Origin: a virus
Lineage: Duplodnaviria; Caudoviricetes
Strand: one strand, 5' to 3'
Virus record (IMG/VR): IMGVR_UViG_3300037515_000354
Span: 5,362 to 69,361 of that record
Length of the DNA stretch: 64,000 nucleotides
Below, in pieces: positions 52,026-62,712 of the stretch. Within the stretch, counting starts at the first letter, position 1; the number at the start of each line of letters is the position of its first letter. A program made the translations under genes and the position numbers. Below the pieces are notes generated by a model, which saw only the letters and a program-made list of their open reading frames with translations, did no database searches and was not told the DNA's origin.

Positions 52026-55000
52026 TCACCCTTCCGGGGCGATCTGGACGAATGTGATCTTGAAGAAGCGGATGGGGTTGGTGAACCGCTGGCCGGTGTA
52101 CTGGAGCGCCGACGACGGATCGCCTACTGCCCGCACCCACCACGCGGCATCCACCGGGGACTGGAGGAACAGTGTCCGGCCGGTCCGGAGCTGCGCTCGC
52201 AGTTGTGCATGTTCGGCCCGGTTGAGCACCAGGGTCAGCTCGAACGATTCGCCCTTGTACCCCTCCGTGAGCACCACGGGGAAGTCTTCCCCGAGCGGCT
52301 GGAACACGACCGCTGTGTTGGTTGTGCCCACGGTCACCGGGCCCGCCGGTACATGCACCCGCAGGATCATGGCGAAGTCCGTGGTGAGATCCTTCAGCCA
52401 CCACTCGCGAGCGGTGAGACTCACCTCGTCCGAGTCGGGGCCGTATCCCGAAACGAACCTGTCACCGGCCAGTCCGTAGCTCACGGTCTGCGCCCGGTAC
52501 TTGCGGCGTTGCAGGGGCACGACCGTGTTGTCCACGTACTCAGTGATGCCCGTGAGCGAGTCGAACTGCGGAGGCCGGATCGTCTGCCCCGGAAGGTCGT
52601 ACCAGTCGCCGTAGCCGGTGCCGTCGTCGTCCGCGTACTGGATCGAGGGGGCCGACCACACAGGGTGTGTACTCCGGCCGGTGCCGTTCCTCCACACTTC
52701 GGTGTCGCCCAGCATGACGCCGATACGGTCGAAGTACACGAAGTCACCCACGGTCCGGTCCGTGACGGACACTTCGGGCTGGATACCGGTCGTGCCCTCG
52801 GGGAGATCCACCGTGCCACTTGAGGACGACCATATCGCCGTGCTGAACGACGACCCCTGCCGTGTCTCCGAACTGATCAGTTGATTGGCCCGGTAGAACT
52901 TCAGGGTGAGGAACGGGGTACCGGCCGTCGAGCCGATGAAGTCGGAGATGAGCGTCACCCGGTTTCCTGCGCGAGCGAGGATGTCCGGATCGATCAGGCT
53001 GATATCCGTGACCGCCGGTGCCGTGGCCACGGCCAGACCGGAGGTGAGTGGCACGGCAGGTTTGACCAGGCCCACCCAGGACGCTGCCGACTGGAGCGAC
53101 GATCCGGACCCCGGGGTGTACGCGCCAGTGACCGACTGCGCGCCCGTAGGGACCACGCCGTTGCTGTCGTAGATACCGGTCATCATGAACGGGTTGCTCG
53201 CGCCCGTGGTGTCGTCCACCCGTTCGGTTTCGTTTGCGCCCGGAGCAGGCGCCGACGGCAGGGCCTTGATGATCCCTATCCACGATGCCGCCGCGAAATA
53301 CGACCGGTTCAGGTTGGCTTTTCGTGAGGTGTTGCCGGTGCCGATCGTGCCGTTACTGTCGGCCACGCTCACGGTGATCGTCCGGTAGCTCGACCAGCTC
53401 GCCCAGTATTCCCGGGAGTCGTCGGCCCGTTCGGTGACCTCAGAAGTCCAGTTCCAGTAGGTGTAGTAGTCCCCTGACGCGGAGAAGATGCAGTGCCGCC
53501 ACGACCGGCTGTCCGTGTTGTTCACTGTGGCCGTGGTGACCGAGTTACCGGACCCGGACTGTGATGTGTTCTCCGTGAGGAACTGGTTCGCCGCGTCGTC
53601 CGCACCCCGGTACGCGGTCACCTGCGTCATGACCGGTTTGACCGTGGCGGACAGGGTGCCGGACCAGGACGAAGGCTCCGAGCCTCCGGCCGTGCGCTTG
53701 AGTACGGCGAACCGGAGCGGTGCGTAACTGTCCGACTGGGTGATGTTTCGGACTACTGTCCAGCCTGCCGGGGCCGTGACGGTCGGTACGACGGGGTCCG
53801 AGACGGACACCGAAGCAATCATCAGGTCTCCGGACTGGACGCCCGACGGCCGGTTGATGGTGTAGCCGGTTGTATTGGACGAGGTGGACCACACAGTCCC
53901 CTTGCCCACGTACGAAATGTTGGGACTGGCCGCCGGAGGCTGAGTGTTGGCGACCATGGTTCCGGCCACGTCGTCGTTGAAAGCGAACGCCGACACCCGC
54001 CATGCGTTCGGGTCCGTGTTATTGACCACGGCGGAAGTCAGGTACAGCGGAGTGTCGCTCGCCCGTGTGGTCACGTTCTCCGCGACGAACTGCTGTGCCG
54101 CGTCGGCCGCGCCGGAGTAGGCGACCACCCGCGCGTGCCTCCGGCCGGAGGCCACGCTGACCGTGCCGTCGGTCCAGGATGCGGGCTCGGAGCCGGTGGC
54201 CGTGCGCTTCAGCACGAAGAGCGCTGTATCGGTCGAACTGTCGTCCACCGACGCTGTGTTGACCAGGGCCCAGCCTGCCGGTGGCGTGCATGTGCTGTGA
54301 TTGGACGTGGTCACGAAAGCCAGCATCAGGTCCCCGACCACCAACCCGGCGGGGGCTTCCAGAGTGAAGTTCGTGGCTGTCGATGTGCTGTTCCAGTTGA
54401 CGCCCGTCGCCCTGAAAGCCAGGGAAGGGGTGATCCCGTCGTAAGTGATCCTCTTTGTCTGGAGTCCATGACCGCCGATGCCGGGCGGGGTGACGCGGGA
54501 AACCGTGCTGCCCACGCCAGCAACCCAGTTGGTCTGTGTGGGATCTTCAGCGGTCGCACTGAAGGCGTCCAGGATATTGCGGGACGCGTGGCCACCGTCG
54601 TTCCACGGCGTGTTCGTACCGGGCATCAGGCCGACGTGGTCGACATGGTGTACCTCGCCACTGGCCGCGCCGGTCACTTCGAGCTGCACCCGGGCCCACT
54701 TGGTCACTGACGGAGACGTACCGGTGCCGACCGTCTCAGTCCATGTCGACGCGCTGTCCGTGGCCGTCGCGGTAAGGGTGTCCGAGAGCTGCTCGGTGAA
54801 CTGATCATCGTAGAAGAGGATCCGGGTGTTGACCGTGCGCGCGGTGGCCGCTGCGCGGAACTGTGCACGAACTGTCACCGGGATGTCCGGGGCACATCTG
54901 ACGAACGTGGACAGTACGGAATACGTGCCGGACGCACCGCCTGTCATCTTGCCCGACGCGACCCCGGCGTAATACACCGAGGTGTCCCGCACGATGCCGC

Positions 55001-55991
55001 AATTGATCGTCGTGTATTCCAGACCGTCAGTGGACGTCTCGAAGTCGGCCTGTTGCACCGACAGGATGTTCGAGGTGTTCCGCAGGGTCAGCGCTACGGA
55101 AGAGCGGAAGCTGTCCGGGACCACGGCCACGGTCCCGGTACCCGGACCGCCGAACACGGTGTTGTCCTCAACGGGAACACCAGGGGTGGGACCGACTACC
55201 GAGAACTCACGGCCGACCCACTCGGACCGCGCGCCGAAGGCAGAAACCACCCGCACGTACGCATGGTACGTATCAGCGTTCAGCGAGGTAGGCAGGGTGA
55301 CCGAAGTGGTGTCACCCGTAACGGTGGCCTGATACACCGGGTCCGTGGTGGACGGATTGAAGGTGGAGTCCGCGACCTGGATCCCGGTGAACACCTTGTA
55401 CTGGGCCGACGCCTGTAGATCGCCGTCCGCCTGTGCGTACGTCCACGAGATGACCGGCGACGGGGTGAGCTGTGTACCCGAGGGAGCGTCCACGGTCACC
55501 GTGGGGCGTGCCCGGTAGTTGACCACGGCCCACAGCTTGTACACCCGGACGCATTGCAGCACCGCGTGGTAGGTGAACACTTGGCACATGAACTTGTTCA
55601 GCCGGTGGATATCCCAGGGATGGCCGAGCGGATCACGCTGATATGTGGCCACCTCGTAGTCAGTGATCGTTTCCGACAGGGATATCGTCCGTGAAGTGAA
55701 CCGGGACGTGTCGTCGAACGGCAGCACGTTGACCGTGATCGTGCGCGGAGTAGACCCGATACGCGCAGCCCGGATCATGATGGTAATGGACGTGATCACC
55801 GCGCCTTCCGGCACGGCGGTGATGTCCACCGGGAAACGGACACAGGCGCGGCCCTTGTACGGGGGGTTGTAGCAGTACTTGCTGTTGTCGTCGTTGTTCC
55901 ATGCGAGGAACAGGCGGTTGACCCCGGAACCGACCAGGAACCACCCTTCGTTCCGGAAATCGTTGTTACAGAGATGATCGTAATTGGTCAC
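52026..55991 (-). CDS. Large minor tail / receptor-binding protein with an internally duplicated domain
   Basis: Two GDLM(L/I)A...PAGW...VLKRTA.G.EP.SW modules; tail context. Confidence 0.8.
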   Translation of the reverse strand: MTNYDHLCNNDFRNEGWFLVGSGVNRLFLAWNNDDNSKYCYNPPYKGRACVRFPVDITAVPEGAVITSITIMIRAARIGSTPRTITVNVLPFDDTSRFTSRTISLSETITDYEVATYQRDPLGHPWDIHRLNKFMCQVFTYHAVLQCVRVYKLWAVVNYRARPTVTVDAPSGTQLTPSPVISWTYAQADGDLQASAQYKVFTGIQVADSTFNPSTTDPVYQATVTGDTTSVTLPTSLNADTYHAYVRVVSAFGARSEWVGREFSVVGPTPGVPVEDNTVFGGPGTGTVAVVPDSFRSSVALTLRNTSNILSVQQADFETSTDGLEYTTINCGIVRDTSVYYAGVASGKMTGGASGTYSVLSTFVRCAPDIPVTVRAQFRAAATARTVNTRILFYDDQFTEQLSDTLTATATDSASTWTETVGTGTSPSVTKWARVQLEVTGAASGEVHHVDHVGLMPGTNTPWNDGGHASRNILDAFSATAEDPTQTNWVAGVGSTVSRVTPPGIGGHGLQTKRITYDGITPSLAFRATGVNWNSTSTATNFTLEAPAGLVVGDLMLAFVTTSNHSTCTPPAGWALVNTASVDDSSTDTALFVLKRTATGSEPASWTDGTVSVASGRRHARVVAYSGAADAAQQFVAENVTTRASDTPLYLTSAVVNNTDPNAWRVSAFAFNDDVAGTMVANTQPPAASPNISYVGKGTVWSTSSNTTGYTINRPSGVQSGDLMIASVSVSDPVVPTVTAPAGWTVVRNITQSDSYAPLRFAVLKRTAGGSEPSSWSGTLSATVKPVMTQVTAYRGADDAANQFLTENTSQSGSGNSVTTATVNNTDSRSWRHCIFSASGDYYTYWNWTSEVTERADDSREYWASWSSYRTITVSVADSNGTIGTGNTSRKANLNRSYFAAASWIGIIKALPSAPAPGANETERVDDTTGASNPFMMTGIYDSNGVVPTGAQSVTGAYTPGSGSSLQSAASWVGLVKPAVPLTSGLAVATAPAVTDISLIDPDILARAGNRVTLISDFIGSTAGTPFLTLKFYRANQLISSETRQGSSFSTAIWSSSSGTVDLPEGTTGIQPEVSVTDRTVGDFVYFDRIGVMLGDTEVWRNGTGRSTHPVWSAPSIQYADDDGTGYGDWYDLPGQTIRPPQFDSLTGITEYVDNTVVPLQRRKYRAQTVSYGLAGDRFVSGYGPDSDEVSLTAREWWLKDLTTDFAMILRVHVPAGPVTVGTTNTAVVFQPLGEDFPVVLTEGYKGESFELTLVLNRAEHAQLRAQLRTGRTLFLQSPVDAAWWVRAVGDPSSALQYTGQRFTNPIRFFKITFVQIAPEG

Positions 55992-58900
55992 GGCTTGCTC
56001 CCTACGTGCTGCTCCAGAGCCATGCGCAACCGGTTAGGCAATTCGTTGTTCAGCTTGTCCACGGCGGACGCCGTGGCGCCTCGTGCGTCGATGTGCAGGG
56101 TCAGATTCACGTCACCGCCGGAACCGCCGCCGACGAGGTCACCGAGTGGCGTGATGTCCTCGCCGCCGCGCATGCGCATCAGCTCCAGGCCACGGTCACC
56201 GACAATGCCCACGCCGGGATGCGCGTCTCTCGTGCCGCGCCCGTACCAGTTGTTTGCCCGCTGGAAGTTGTTCGCCTTGGTCGGAGTGCCGTACCTGGAC
56301 CGGATGTACCCGAGACCCCACCTGATCTGAGTGGCCGGATTCGTCTTCCAGTCGGCACCGGCCGACTTCATCTTGCTGCCGGGCAGTGCCTGAGGAATGC
56401 CGTACGCGTCCGAGGTGGGGTTGTCCGCGTTCCAGCGCCAGCCCGACTCGCGGTTCCAGAGGGCTTCGAGCGCGGACCAGTGGGACGACCATCCGTAACT
56501 GCCGAGCATGTTCTTGCCGGTGGCCTTGGCTGCACTCACCGACTTGCCGGACGTGCCGCCGCCCGGCGCCTTGTAGGTGTCCTTGCCTCCACCGGCCAGA
56601 CCGTTCAGGCCCCGGTGGAAGTCGCGCACCTGAGACTTCGCGGCAGAGGATGCCGTGGGGTCGCCCACGGCGATGCCGTGGATGTGCGGAGCCCACGGGC
56701 CCTCTGCCCTGGTGCGCAGCCATGCCGCGAAGCCACTGGCGCGCAAAGCGCCGACGATCCCGTTCTTGGCGGGACCAAGGTCGACCGCACCTCCACCGGC
56801 GTGGGTGCCGCCGGACGCCCCCACGCTGGTGCTGTAGCTGCCCTGAGTCATCGAGAGCGCGGTCTTGGCAATCTTGGTCGCGTTGCTCAGCATGGCCGCC
56901 GTGCGCCGGTTGACCGTGACGCCTCCGTAGTTCTGCCGGGTACCGTCTCCGGCCTTCCACGCTCGCCACGGGATGAAGCCATTACCGCCGACACCGATCT
57001 CAGGGGCGATGTCGTTCTGCTTGACCCATTCCTTGATCGTCTTGGCGATCTTGTCGATGATGCCGGTACCGAGCTGTTCCATGCCGGAATTGCTGCCGGG
57101 AATGGCCGCACGGACCGCCGTCTTGCCCAGCTTGGCCACACCGTCCACGGCCTTGCCGAACGGACCGGAGATGGCGCCGAGTGCCAGATCCTTCAGCTTG
57201 CCGAACGCGTTCTTTATGATCCCGTCCGGGACCAGGTCCGGGCCCACCTTCGGCCCTATGCCGGTCCCGAGGAAGCCGCCTCCGTCGTCGAACCGATGAT
57301 CCCCGTACGTCCTGACCTTGGCCCCGCCCATGGCGTTCCGGCGCATCCTGGCTACGGCCTCATGCCCACCGGCGCCCGCCACCTCTGCGGCTGTCCACAC
57401 GTGTTCGTTCGGGTGCAGGATCGCCGGGAACCCACGGCTGGAGCCTTCGCCGGTCGGACCGCCTGAGGCGAAAGCCGGAAGAGTGAACCTTTTCAGCTCC
57501 TTGGCTCCGAAGGTTCCGGCAACCATATTCCACAGCTTCACGATGCCGTCGTTGTAGACGACGTTCACGACCGCCTGAATCGGCTTACGGGCCAGTTCCC
57601 GGATCTTGTCCCATGCCTTGCCCATCGCCGCGACGCCCTTGTCGAAAGCATCCGGGATGGTCTTGGTGAAGAAGTTGCTGACAGGGTTCCAGAACGTAGT
57701 CCGCAACCAGGTGGAACCAGCGGAGAAGAGCCCCCGGATGTCCTTCCACAGTTCAGCGGCCCTGTCCTCCACCGTCTTGGCTACGCCACCGAAGAAAACC
57801 CGGATGGTCGTCCACACCAGGTTCCACATGTTCTTCACGAAGTCGAGCCCGGTCTGGAAGGCCGCGCGCATGGTCGCCCACCAGTCCCGGGCGATCTTCA
57901 GGATCGCGTCAACGACGGTCTTGAAAAGATTCTGGATGAAAGTCCAGACCGTGTTCCACAGATTCCGGATGGCTGTCAGGAATGTGCTGAAGGTGTTCTG
58001 AACGGCAGTCCAGAAAGTCTTAGCCGTGTTCGCTATCCCGTTCCAGAACGCATTCCACATGTTCTTCACGGTGTCGATGAATCCGCCCAGGAGCGCCCGG
58101 AGTACGTTGAGGAATCCCTGCCACGCGGTTCTGATCACGTTCCAGATGGCCTCGCCTGCGGCCCTGATCGCGTTCCAGGCTTTGCCCCAGTTCCCAGTGA
58201 AGATCGCCGTGAACGTCAGGAAGATCGCGGTGACCACTTTCCACAGCGCAGTCCACGCCGCGCTGATCACCTTCCAGATACCTGTGACGAAGGCGACGAT
58301 GACGTTCCAGGCCGTCTTGAAGATCCCGGAGAACGCCGCGTAGAAGACGTTCCAGATTCCGGTCACCACGGACCAGACGACTTTCCAGGCACCGGTCAAG
58401 ATCGACCATGCTATCTGCGCCGCGCCGGTGAGGAATGACCAGCCGATTTTCCAGGCGCCGGACAGGATGGCCCATGCCACATTGAAGATGCCTTGGATCA
58501 CGGTCCACGTGAGATCCCAAGCGGCCACCAGGGTCTTCCAGACTCCCATGGCTACCCCGGCGACGACCTGCCAGGCCGCTGTGAAGATCGGCCCGAACTT
58601 CCCCCAGAATTCGTTCCACCTGTCTGTGGCTCCGCCCCACAGAAAATCCCACGCGATGCTGAGCGCGTTCCAGATGTTCTCAGCGGCCTTACGCAGCTCG
58701 GGCCACACCTGGTTCCAGGAATCCCGGATCGGTCCCACCACGGCGTTCCAGGCAACGAGCAGCCCGCCGACCGTGGTATCCCAGACGTCCGTGATCCAGC
58801 TCCAGACGTCCGAGGCTACAGATTTGACCCCGCCCCAGATGGTTTCCCAGTGCTTGGCCACCGCGATGATCAGACCTATGGGACCCATGAACAGGAGCAG

Positions 58901-60295
58901 CGTCTGCCCCCATCCGTTGGTGAGGAAGTTCCACACCTTCACTGCTATGTCCCTGATGAAATTCCAGGTCTTTTCCCACGCCATTTTCAGCCAGTCCCAC
59001 ACCACCTGTGCAGTCTTCTTGATCGCGGCCCACACCGTATCCCAGTGCTTCACCAGGAAGTAGATACCGACACCTACCGCGATCACGGCTGCGACAAGCA
59101 GGGCGATCCACCCCACCGTGATGAGGATGATCACGCCCATACTGGTCGCTGCCATGGTCATGATCGTGGTTGCGGCAGCGGCGATGAGCGTTATCGCCGC
59201 GTAGACCTTAAGAGCAACGCTGATTCCGATGAACGCGTACATCATGGCCTGGAGCAATCCAGGCGGGAAGCTGGCCAGCACTTTGAAGAAAGTCCCGAGC
59301 ACTTCGAGCGCCGCGCCGGACATACCGTTCAGTGCCGAGCCCATGTTCTTCAGGAACGTGGCCAGATCCCGCAGCACTGCGGTCACCTGAGGGCCGTTGT
59401 CCCGTAGGTAGGCGATGAACCTTCCGAACCCCCCGCCATTGCCCCACTGCTCGAACGACTGGAATGTTTCCATCAGCCATTTGGAAAATTCCACCCCCAT
59501 CGGAGCGAAGGACCGCATTCCGCTGCCAAGTCCCCCGAACAGGGACACGAACGCCATGTGGAAGTTCTTCAGTGCCGGGACGCCGTAATCGACCACGAAG
59601 CGCAGGAACCGGTCCAGGCCGCCGTCCTGCACCCATCCCTTTGTTGCATCGGCCATGAGCTGGAACACCGGGGACACGGCCGCGACCACGGATGTCAGCT
59701 TGGGAATCGCCAGGGTCGCCGCCTGCACCATTGTGGTAGCAGGCTTCAGGGTGAACTTCATGGTGGACTGGATGAATGCGCTCCACGCATCCCCCATGTC
59801 ACCTATCGACAGGGCGAAGTTCCTCTGAACCGGCGACATGGCATTGAGCGCCTGCTGATGCGCCTTCTCCGCCTGAGTGACCTTCTTCAGCGCCTTGTCG
59901 TACTCCTCGGTCCCAACCACTGTCTTGGCCAGCGCGTTCTCCGCGTTCCCCAGCGCGGTTTTGGTCTGGCCGAAGGCAGAGTTCGCCCCCACAGTTGACT
60001 GGACGGCCCCCATCAGGGCAGCGCCGAATATCCCAGCGGCGGCTCCGGCACCGACCAGTGCGGAAGTGGCCGCTCCTCCGATTGCCAGCAGCCCAGCCGT
60101 GATCGGTATCAGGGCCGGTCCAAGCGTGAGCGCAGTCGCCACTAGGTCCCGCATGCCCGGTACCAGCGCGCGAGACGACTTGGTGAGTGCGTTCATGGAC
60201 GAGTCCAGGCGCGCAATATCCCTGCGCGCCTGGCGGATTCCCTCACCGTTGTAGAAGGAGTTCAGCCGGAACGCCAGGCTAGTGATCGTTGCCAT
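55988..60295 (-). CDS. Tape measure protein with C-terminal M15-like peptidase and lytic transglycosylase domains
   Basis: Trp-rich helical repeats; THAGGGAVDL...PHIH; RESGW...AYGIPQALPG. Confidence 0.95.
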   Translation of the reverse strand: MATITSLAFRLNSFYNGEGIRQARRDIARLDSSMNALTKSSRALVPGMRDLVATALTLGPALIPITAGLLAIGGAATSALVGAGAAAGIFGAALMGAVQSTVGANSAFGQTKTALGNAENALAKTVVGTEEYDKALKKVTQAEKAHQQALNAMSPVQRNFALSIGDMGDAWSAFIQSTMKFTLKPATTMVQAATLAIPKLTSVVAAVSPVFQLMADATKGWVQDGGLDRFLRFVVDYGVPALKNFHMAFVSLFGGLGSGMRSFAPMGVEFSKWLMETFQSFEQWGNGGGFGRFIAYLRDNGPQVTAVLRDLATFLKNMGSALNGMSGAALEVLGTFFKVLASFPPGLLQAMMYAFIGISVALKVYAAITLIAAAATTIMTMAATSMGVIILITVGWIALLVAAVIAVGVGIYFLVKHWDTVWAAIKKTAQVVWDWLKMAWEKTWNFIRDIAVKVWNFLTNGWGQTLLLFMGPIGLIIAVAKHWETIWGGVKSVASDVWSWITDVWDTTVGGLLVAWNAVVGPIRDSWNQVWPELRKAAENIWNALSIAWDFLWGGATDRWNEFWGKFGPIFTAAWQVVAGVAMGVWKTLVAAWDLTWTVIQGIFNVAWAILSGAWKIGWSFLTGAAQIAWSILTGAWKVVWSVVTGIWNVFYAAFSGIFKTAWNVIVAFVTGIWKVISAAWTALWKVVTAIFLTFTAIFTGNWGKAWNAIRAAGEAIWNVIRTAWQGFLNVLRALLGGFIDTVKNMWNAFWNGIANTAKTFWTAVQNTFSTFLTAIRNLWNTVWTFIQNLFKTVVDAILKIARDWWATMRAAFQTGLDFVKNMWNLVWTTIRVFFGGVAKTVEDRAAELWKDIRGLFSAGSTWLRTTFWNPVSNFFTKTIPDAFDKGVAAMGKAWDKIRELARKPIQAVVNVVYNDGIVKLWNMVAGTFGAKELKRFTLPAFASGGPTGEGSSRGFPAILHPNEHVWTAAEVAGAGGHEAVARMRRNAMGGAKVRTYGDHRFDDGGGFLGTGIGPKVGPDLVPDGIIKNAFGKLKDLALGAISGPFGKAVDGVAKLGKTAVRAAIPGSNSGMEQLGTGIIDKIAKTIKEWVKQNDIAPEIGVGGNGFIPWRAWKAGDGTRQNYGGVTVNRRTAAMLSNATKIAKTALSMTQGSYSTSVGASGGTHAGGGAVDLGPAKNGIVGALRASGFAAWLRTRAEGPWAPHIHGIAVGDPTASSAAKSQVRDFHRGLNGLAGGGKDTYKAPGGGTSGKSVSAAKATGKNMLGSYGWSSHWSALEALWNRESGWRWNADNPTSDAYGIPQALPGSKMKSAGADWKTNPATQIRWGLGYIRSRYGTPTKANNFQRANNWYGRGTRDAHPGVGIVGDRGLELMRMRGGEDITPLGDLVGGGSGGDVNLTLHIDARGATASAVDKLNNELPNRLRMALEQHVGSKP

Positions 60296-61063
60296 CGTCG
60301 CCGTCCTCCTCGTGCAGAAGATCAGGACCAATCTCGTCTAGCGGATCTTCACCCGGATCGTACCGTTCCTCGTCCTCGTCGTCCTTCCGGTACAGCTCCC
60401 ACGGCCGCGCGTAGTGCTTCGGCTTCGGGACCGGATTCTTCCGGTGCTTCTTGTCCGTGAAGTGAGCCGCGCCCTGGATGTGATTGAGGCGTTGCAGTTG
60501 TTCGTGCACCGCTGCTTCAGTCTCGTCCTGCCACTCACTGTCGAGCGGGCCGACGACCCGCTCGAAGGCCATCCACTCTGTCAGCTCTCTAGAACTGATT
60601 CCCGCAAGTCCGGATTCGACGGAGGACCATCCGAGGGCGAGGGCGAGCCGGAAGTAGAAGACCCGCTCGGGCCGTCGGTGAAATCCTCGGTCAGCTCGTC
60701 GATGTCGGAGTCGCTGAGACCGTTCATCTCCTGGCACTTGTCGAACACCCGGCCGAGCGCCTTCGCGGACCGTTCGCCGAGCATCTTGACGTCGCCGGAG
60801 TTGAACAGCCGGTTGCCGTCCTCGTCCACCGCGCACCACGTGACCATGCGCGCGCGGAAGTTCTCCATGTTCGGCCGCTTGCTGTTCCCCTTGGGAGCCA
60901 TGGACGCCTCGAACCGGTCGCGCTCGGTGCCGCTCAGACCCTTCAGCCGGAGGACCCAGGAGTCCGGCTCGGGGTCACCTTCCGGCGCCCACTCGGGGAC
61001 CGGTACCTCGTCGTAGTGCTGATCCTTGGCCTTGTGGATTTCTTCGCGTCCCAGGTACGGCAT
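60279..61063 (-). CDS. Tail assembly chaperone, -1 frameshifted long form
   Basis: The -1 frame continues as FYFRLALALG...ISSRELTEWMAF. Confidence 0.8.
60581..61063 (-). CDS. Tail assembly chaperone, short form (160 aa)
   Basis: YDEVPVPEW...LKGLSGTERDRFE; position before the TMP. Confidence 0.88.
   Translation of the reverse strand: MPYLGREEIHKAKDQHYDEVPVPEWAPEGDPEPDSWVLRLKGLSGTERDRFEASMAPKGNSKRPNMENFRARMVTWCAVDEDGNRLFNSGDVKMLGERSAKALGRVFDKCQEMNGLSDSDIDELTEDFTDGPSGSSTSGSPSPSDGPPSNPDLRESVLES
60680..60686 (-). other. Programmed -1 frameshift slippery site G GAT TTC
   Basis: Lies at the switch point between chaperone frames (ELTEDF). Confidence 0.7.
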
Positions 61064-61135
61064 GACGATCTCTCCTCGTTCCAGTCCTGCGATTACTCGC
61101 CTGTTCGGTGCGGATCGTGCGGGTCTGTAAGGCGG

Positions 61136-61172
61136 GAAGAACCGGGTGACCCGCACAGGACCCGGTTCTCCC
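61136..61172 (-). terminator. Hairpin in the intergenic region upstream of the chaperone
   Basis: AGAACCGGGT...ACCCGGTTCT. Confidence 0.5.
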
Positions 61173-61191
61173 CTCGGTGTTGCAGTCTCGG

Positions 61192-61680
61192 TCACAGTCC
61201 GGCGCGGCCAATGTCCCGTGCCGCGTCTTCGAAGATCTCTTCCATCCTTCGCTGGATTCTGGGCTGTCCGCTGGCTATGGTCTCGCGGAACCAACTGCCG
61301 CCGGTCTCTTGCTCGACCCATACATGCCGGTTACCGAACACCGGGTGTCGCCACCCCCGGTTGATGTCCAGATAAGCCGGGATGTTGATCTCGTCCTTGT
61401 CGTTCATGGACGTCGTGATCTGGACGCCGGTACTGGTCAGCTTCGTGCCGACACCCTTGGCCACCCGCGTACGCAGACCGGAGTGCTTCGAGGTGTGAGT
61501 CGGAATGCGCATGACCTCTTCGGCCGCCTGGCGAGAGAGAATCTCACCTGCCTCGCGTGTCTCGTTCCTGAATTTGTCGGCCAACGTGCTGTTCTGCCGT
61601 CGCAGCTCAGCTTCGACACGTTTCCACTCAGGGCCCGTGGTGACGCTCAGCCTGATGGTTCCCGGGCTCCTTCTCGCCAT
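61192..61680 (-). CDS. HK97 gp10-like tail completion protein
   Basis: RHPVFGNRHVWVEQ...WF; tail context. Confidence 0.7.
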   Translation of the reverse strand: MARRSPGTIRLSVTTGPEWKRVEAELRRQNSTLADKFRNETREAGEILSRQAAEEVMRIPTHTSKHSGLRTRVAKGVGTKLTSTGVQITTSMNDKDEINIPAYLDINRGWRHPVFGNRHVWVEQETGGSWFRETIASGQPRIQRRMEEIFEDAARDIGRAGL

Positions 61681-61682
61681 GG

Positions 61683-61928
61683 TCAGTCACCGCCCGTGTG
61701 AGGCATCGGCCGGAGAAGCTTCCGGGTGATGGCCCCGGCCGCCGCCACCCACGCCATCCGGGTACGGTCCGAGAGACCACCCCAGTTCGGCATGTCGCGG
61801 CCGTCGTGGGTTTTCCACTCGGTCCACTCGCCGTACGCCTCGTAACCGACGCGCGCAACGTCTGTAACACGCGGACCGGTGTTCGGCTCTTTGCTCTTTC
61901 GAGCGTTGTCGCCCGGATGGGACGGCAT
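61683..61928 (-). CDS. Hypothetical protein
   Basis: YEAYGE...MPNWGGLSDRTRMAWVAAA. Confidence 0.65.
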   Translation of the reverse strand: MPSHPGDNARKSKEPNTGPRVTDVARVGYEAYGEWTEWKTHDGRDMPNWGGLSDRTRMAWVAAAGAITRKLLRPMPHTGGD

Positions 61929-61954
61929 CTGCTCTCCCCGTTCGCGCTCGCCCG

Positions 61955-62371
61955 TCAGGCCGTGGCCCGCGTGATCCCGGTCCGCTGGCTCGGGAACGTG
62001 ACTTCGGTCTCGGAGAGATCGCCCACGGAACCGGCGAGCGGCTGGTACTCCAGCACGATGCACGTACCGGTGAACTTCGGGTTGGTGGGGGAGGCCGCCG
62101 CCGCCGTCGGCCGCACTTCCACGGTGAATTCGGTGTCGCCGTCGTACAGCGCGAACAGCGTTTCGTCCACCTCGCCGGACGCGTAGTCCTGCTGGAAGGT
62201 GACCACGAACGAGTCGTCCTTGAGACCCGCGACGCGCTCGCGGCCCTGACCACTGAAGTTGGTCGTCTCAACCTCGTCCTTGACGAAGTTGATCTCGACG
62301 CTACTTGCGTGGTCCGACAGGTTCACACCATTGATGATCACCTGGCAGTCGCGCAGTACTTGCTTCGCCAT
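61955..62371 (-). CDS. Major tail tube protein
   Basis: VETTNFSGQGRERVAGLKD...TNPKFTG...GSVGDLSETEVTF. Confidence 0.88.
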   Translation of the reverse strand: MAKQVLRDCQVIINGVNLSDHASSVEINFVKDEVETTNFSGQGRERVAGLKDDSFVVTFQQDYASGEVDETLFALYDGDTEFTVEVRPTAAAASPTNPKFTGTCIVLEYQPLAGSVGDLSETEVTFPSQRTGITRATA

Positions 62372-62373
62372 GA

Positions 62374-62712
62374 TCAATTACCTTTCTCAAGGCCCGACAC
62401 GGGCTGATCGTCCTGCTCGGTCCACGGCTCGACATGGTGACTGCGCCGTAGTGCCTCGTACTGCCCGTCCGTCAGAGTCATGACCACACGTCCGCCGGGG
62501 GCGACGCCGCCGACTTCCCTGGGCCCGGTCACGCGGAGCGTGCGTTCAGTGGGTTGCTCGGGCCCCGCCTTGACCGGCACAACCGGGTTGGGCGGGAAGT
62601 CACCGGACGCCGGGGGCTCCGGCGCCTTCTTCTTCGCCGGAGCAGCGGGCCGGTCCTGGATCTTAGGGGCTTCCGCCGGGCCGGACGACCGGCGCTGACG
62701 CGCTGGTGTCAT
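62374..62712 (-). CDS. Hypothetical protein
   Basis: ATGA overlap. Confidence 0.6.
   Translation of the reverse strand: MTPARQRRSSGPAEAPKIQDRPAAPAKKKAPEPPASGDFPPNPVVPVKAGPEQPTERTLRVTGPREVGGVAPGGRVVMTLTDGQYEALRRSHHVEPWTEQDDQPVSGLEKGN

Noticed and set aside
60680-60686. Tail chaperone -1 frameshift as a novelty
   Set aside because: A well-established feature of long-tailed phages; listed as a feature only.
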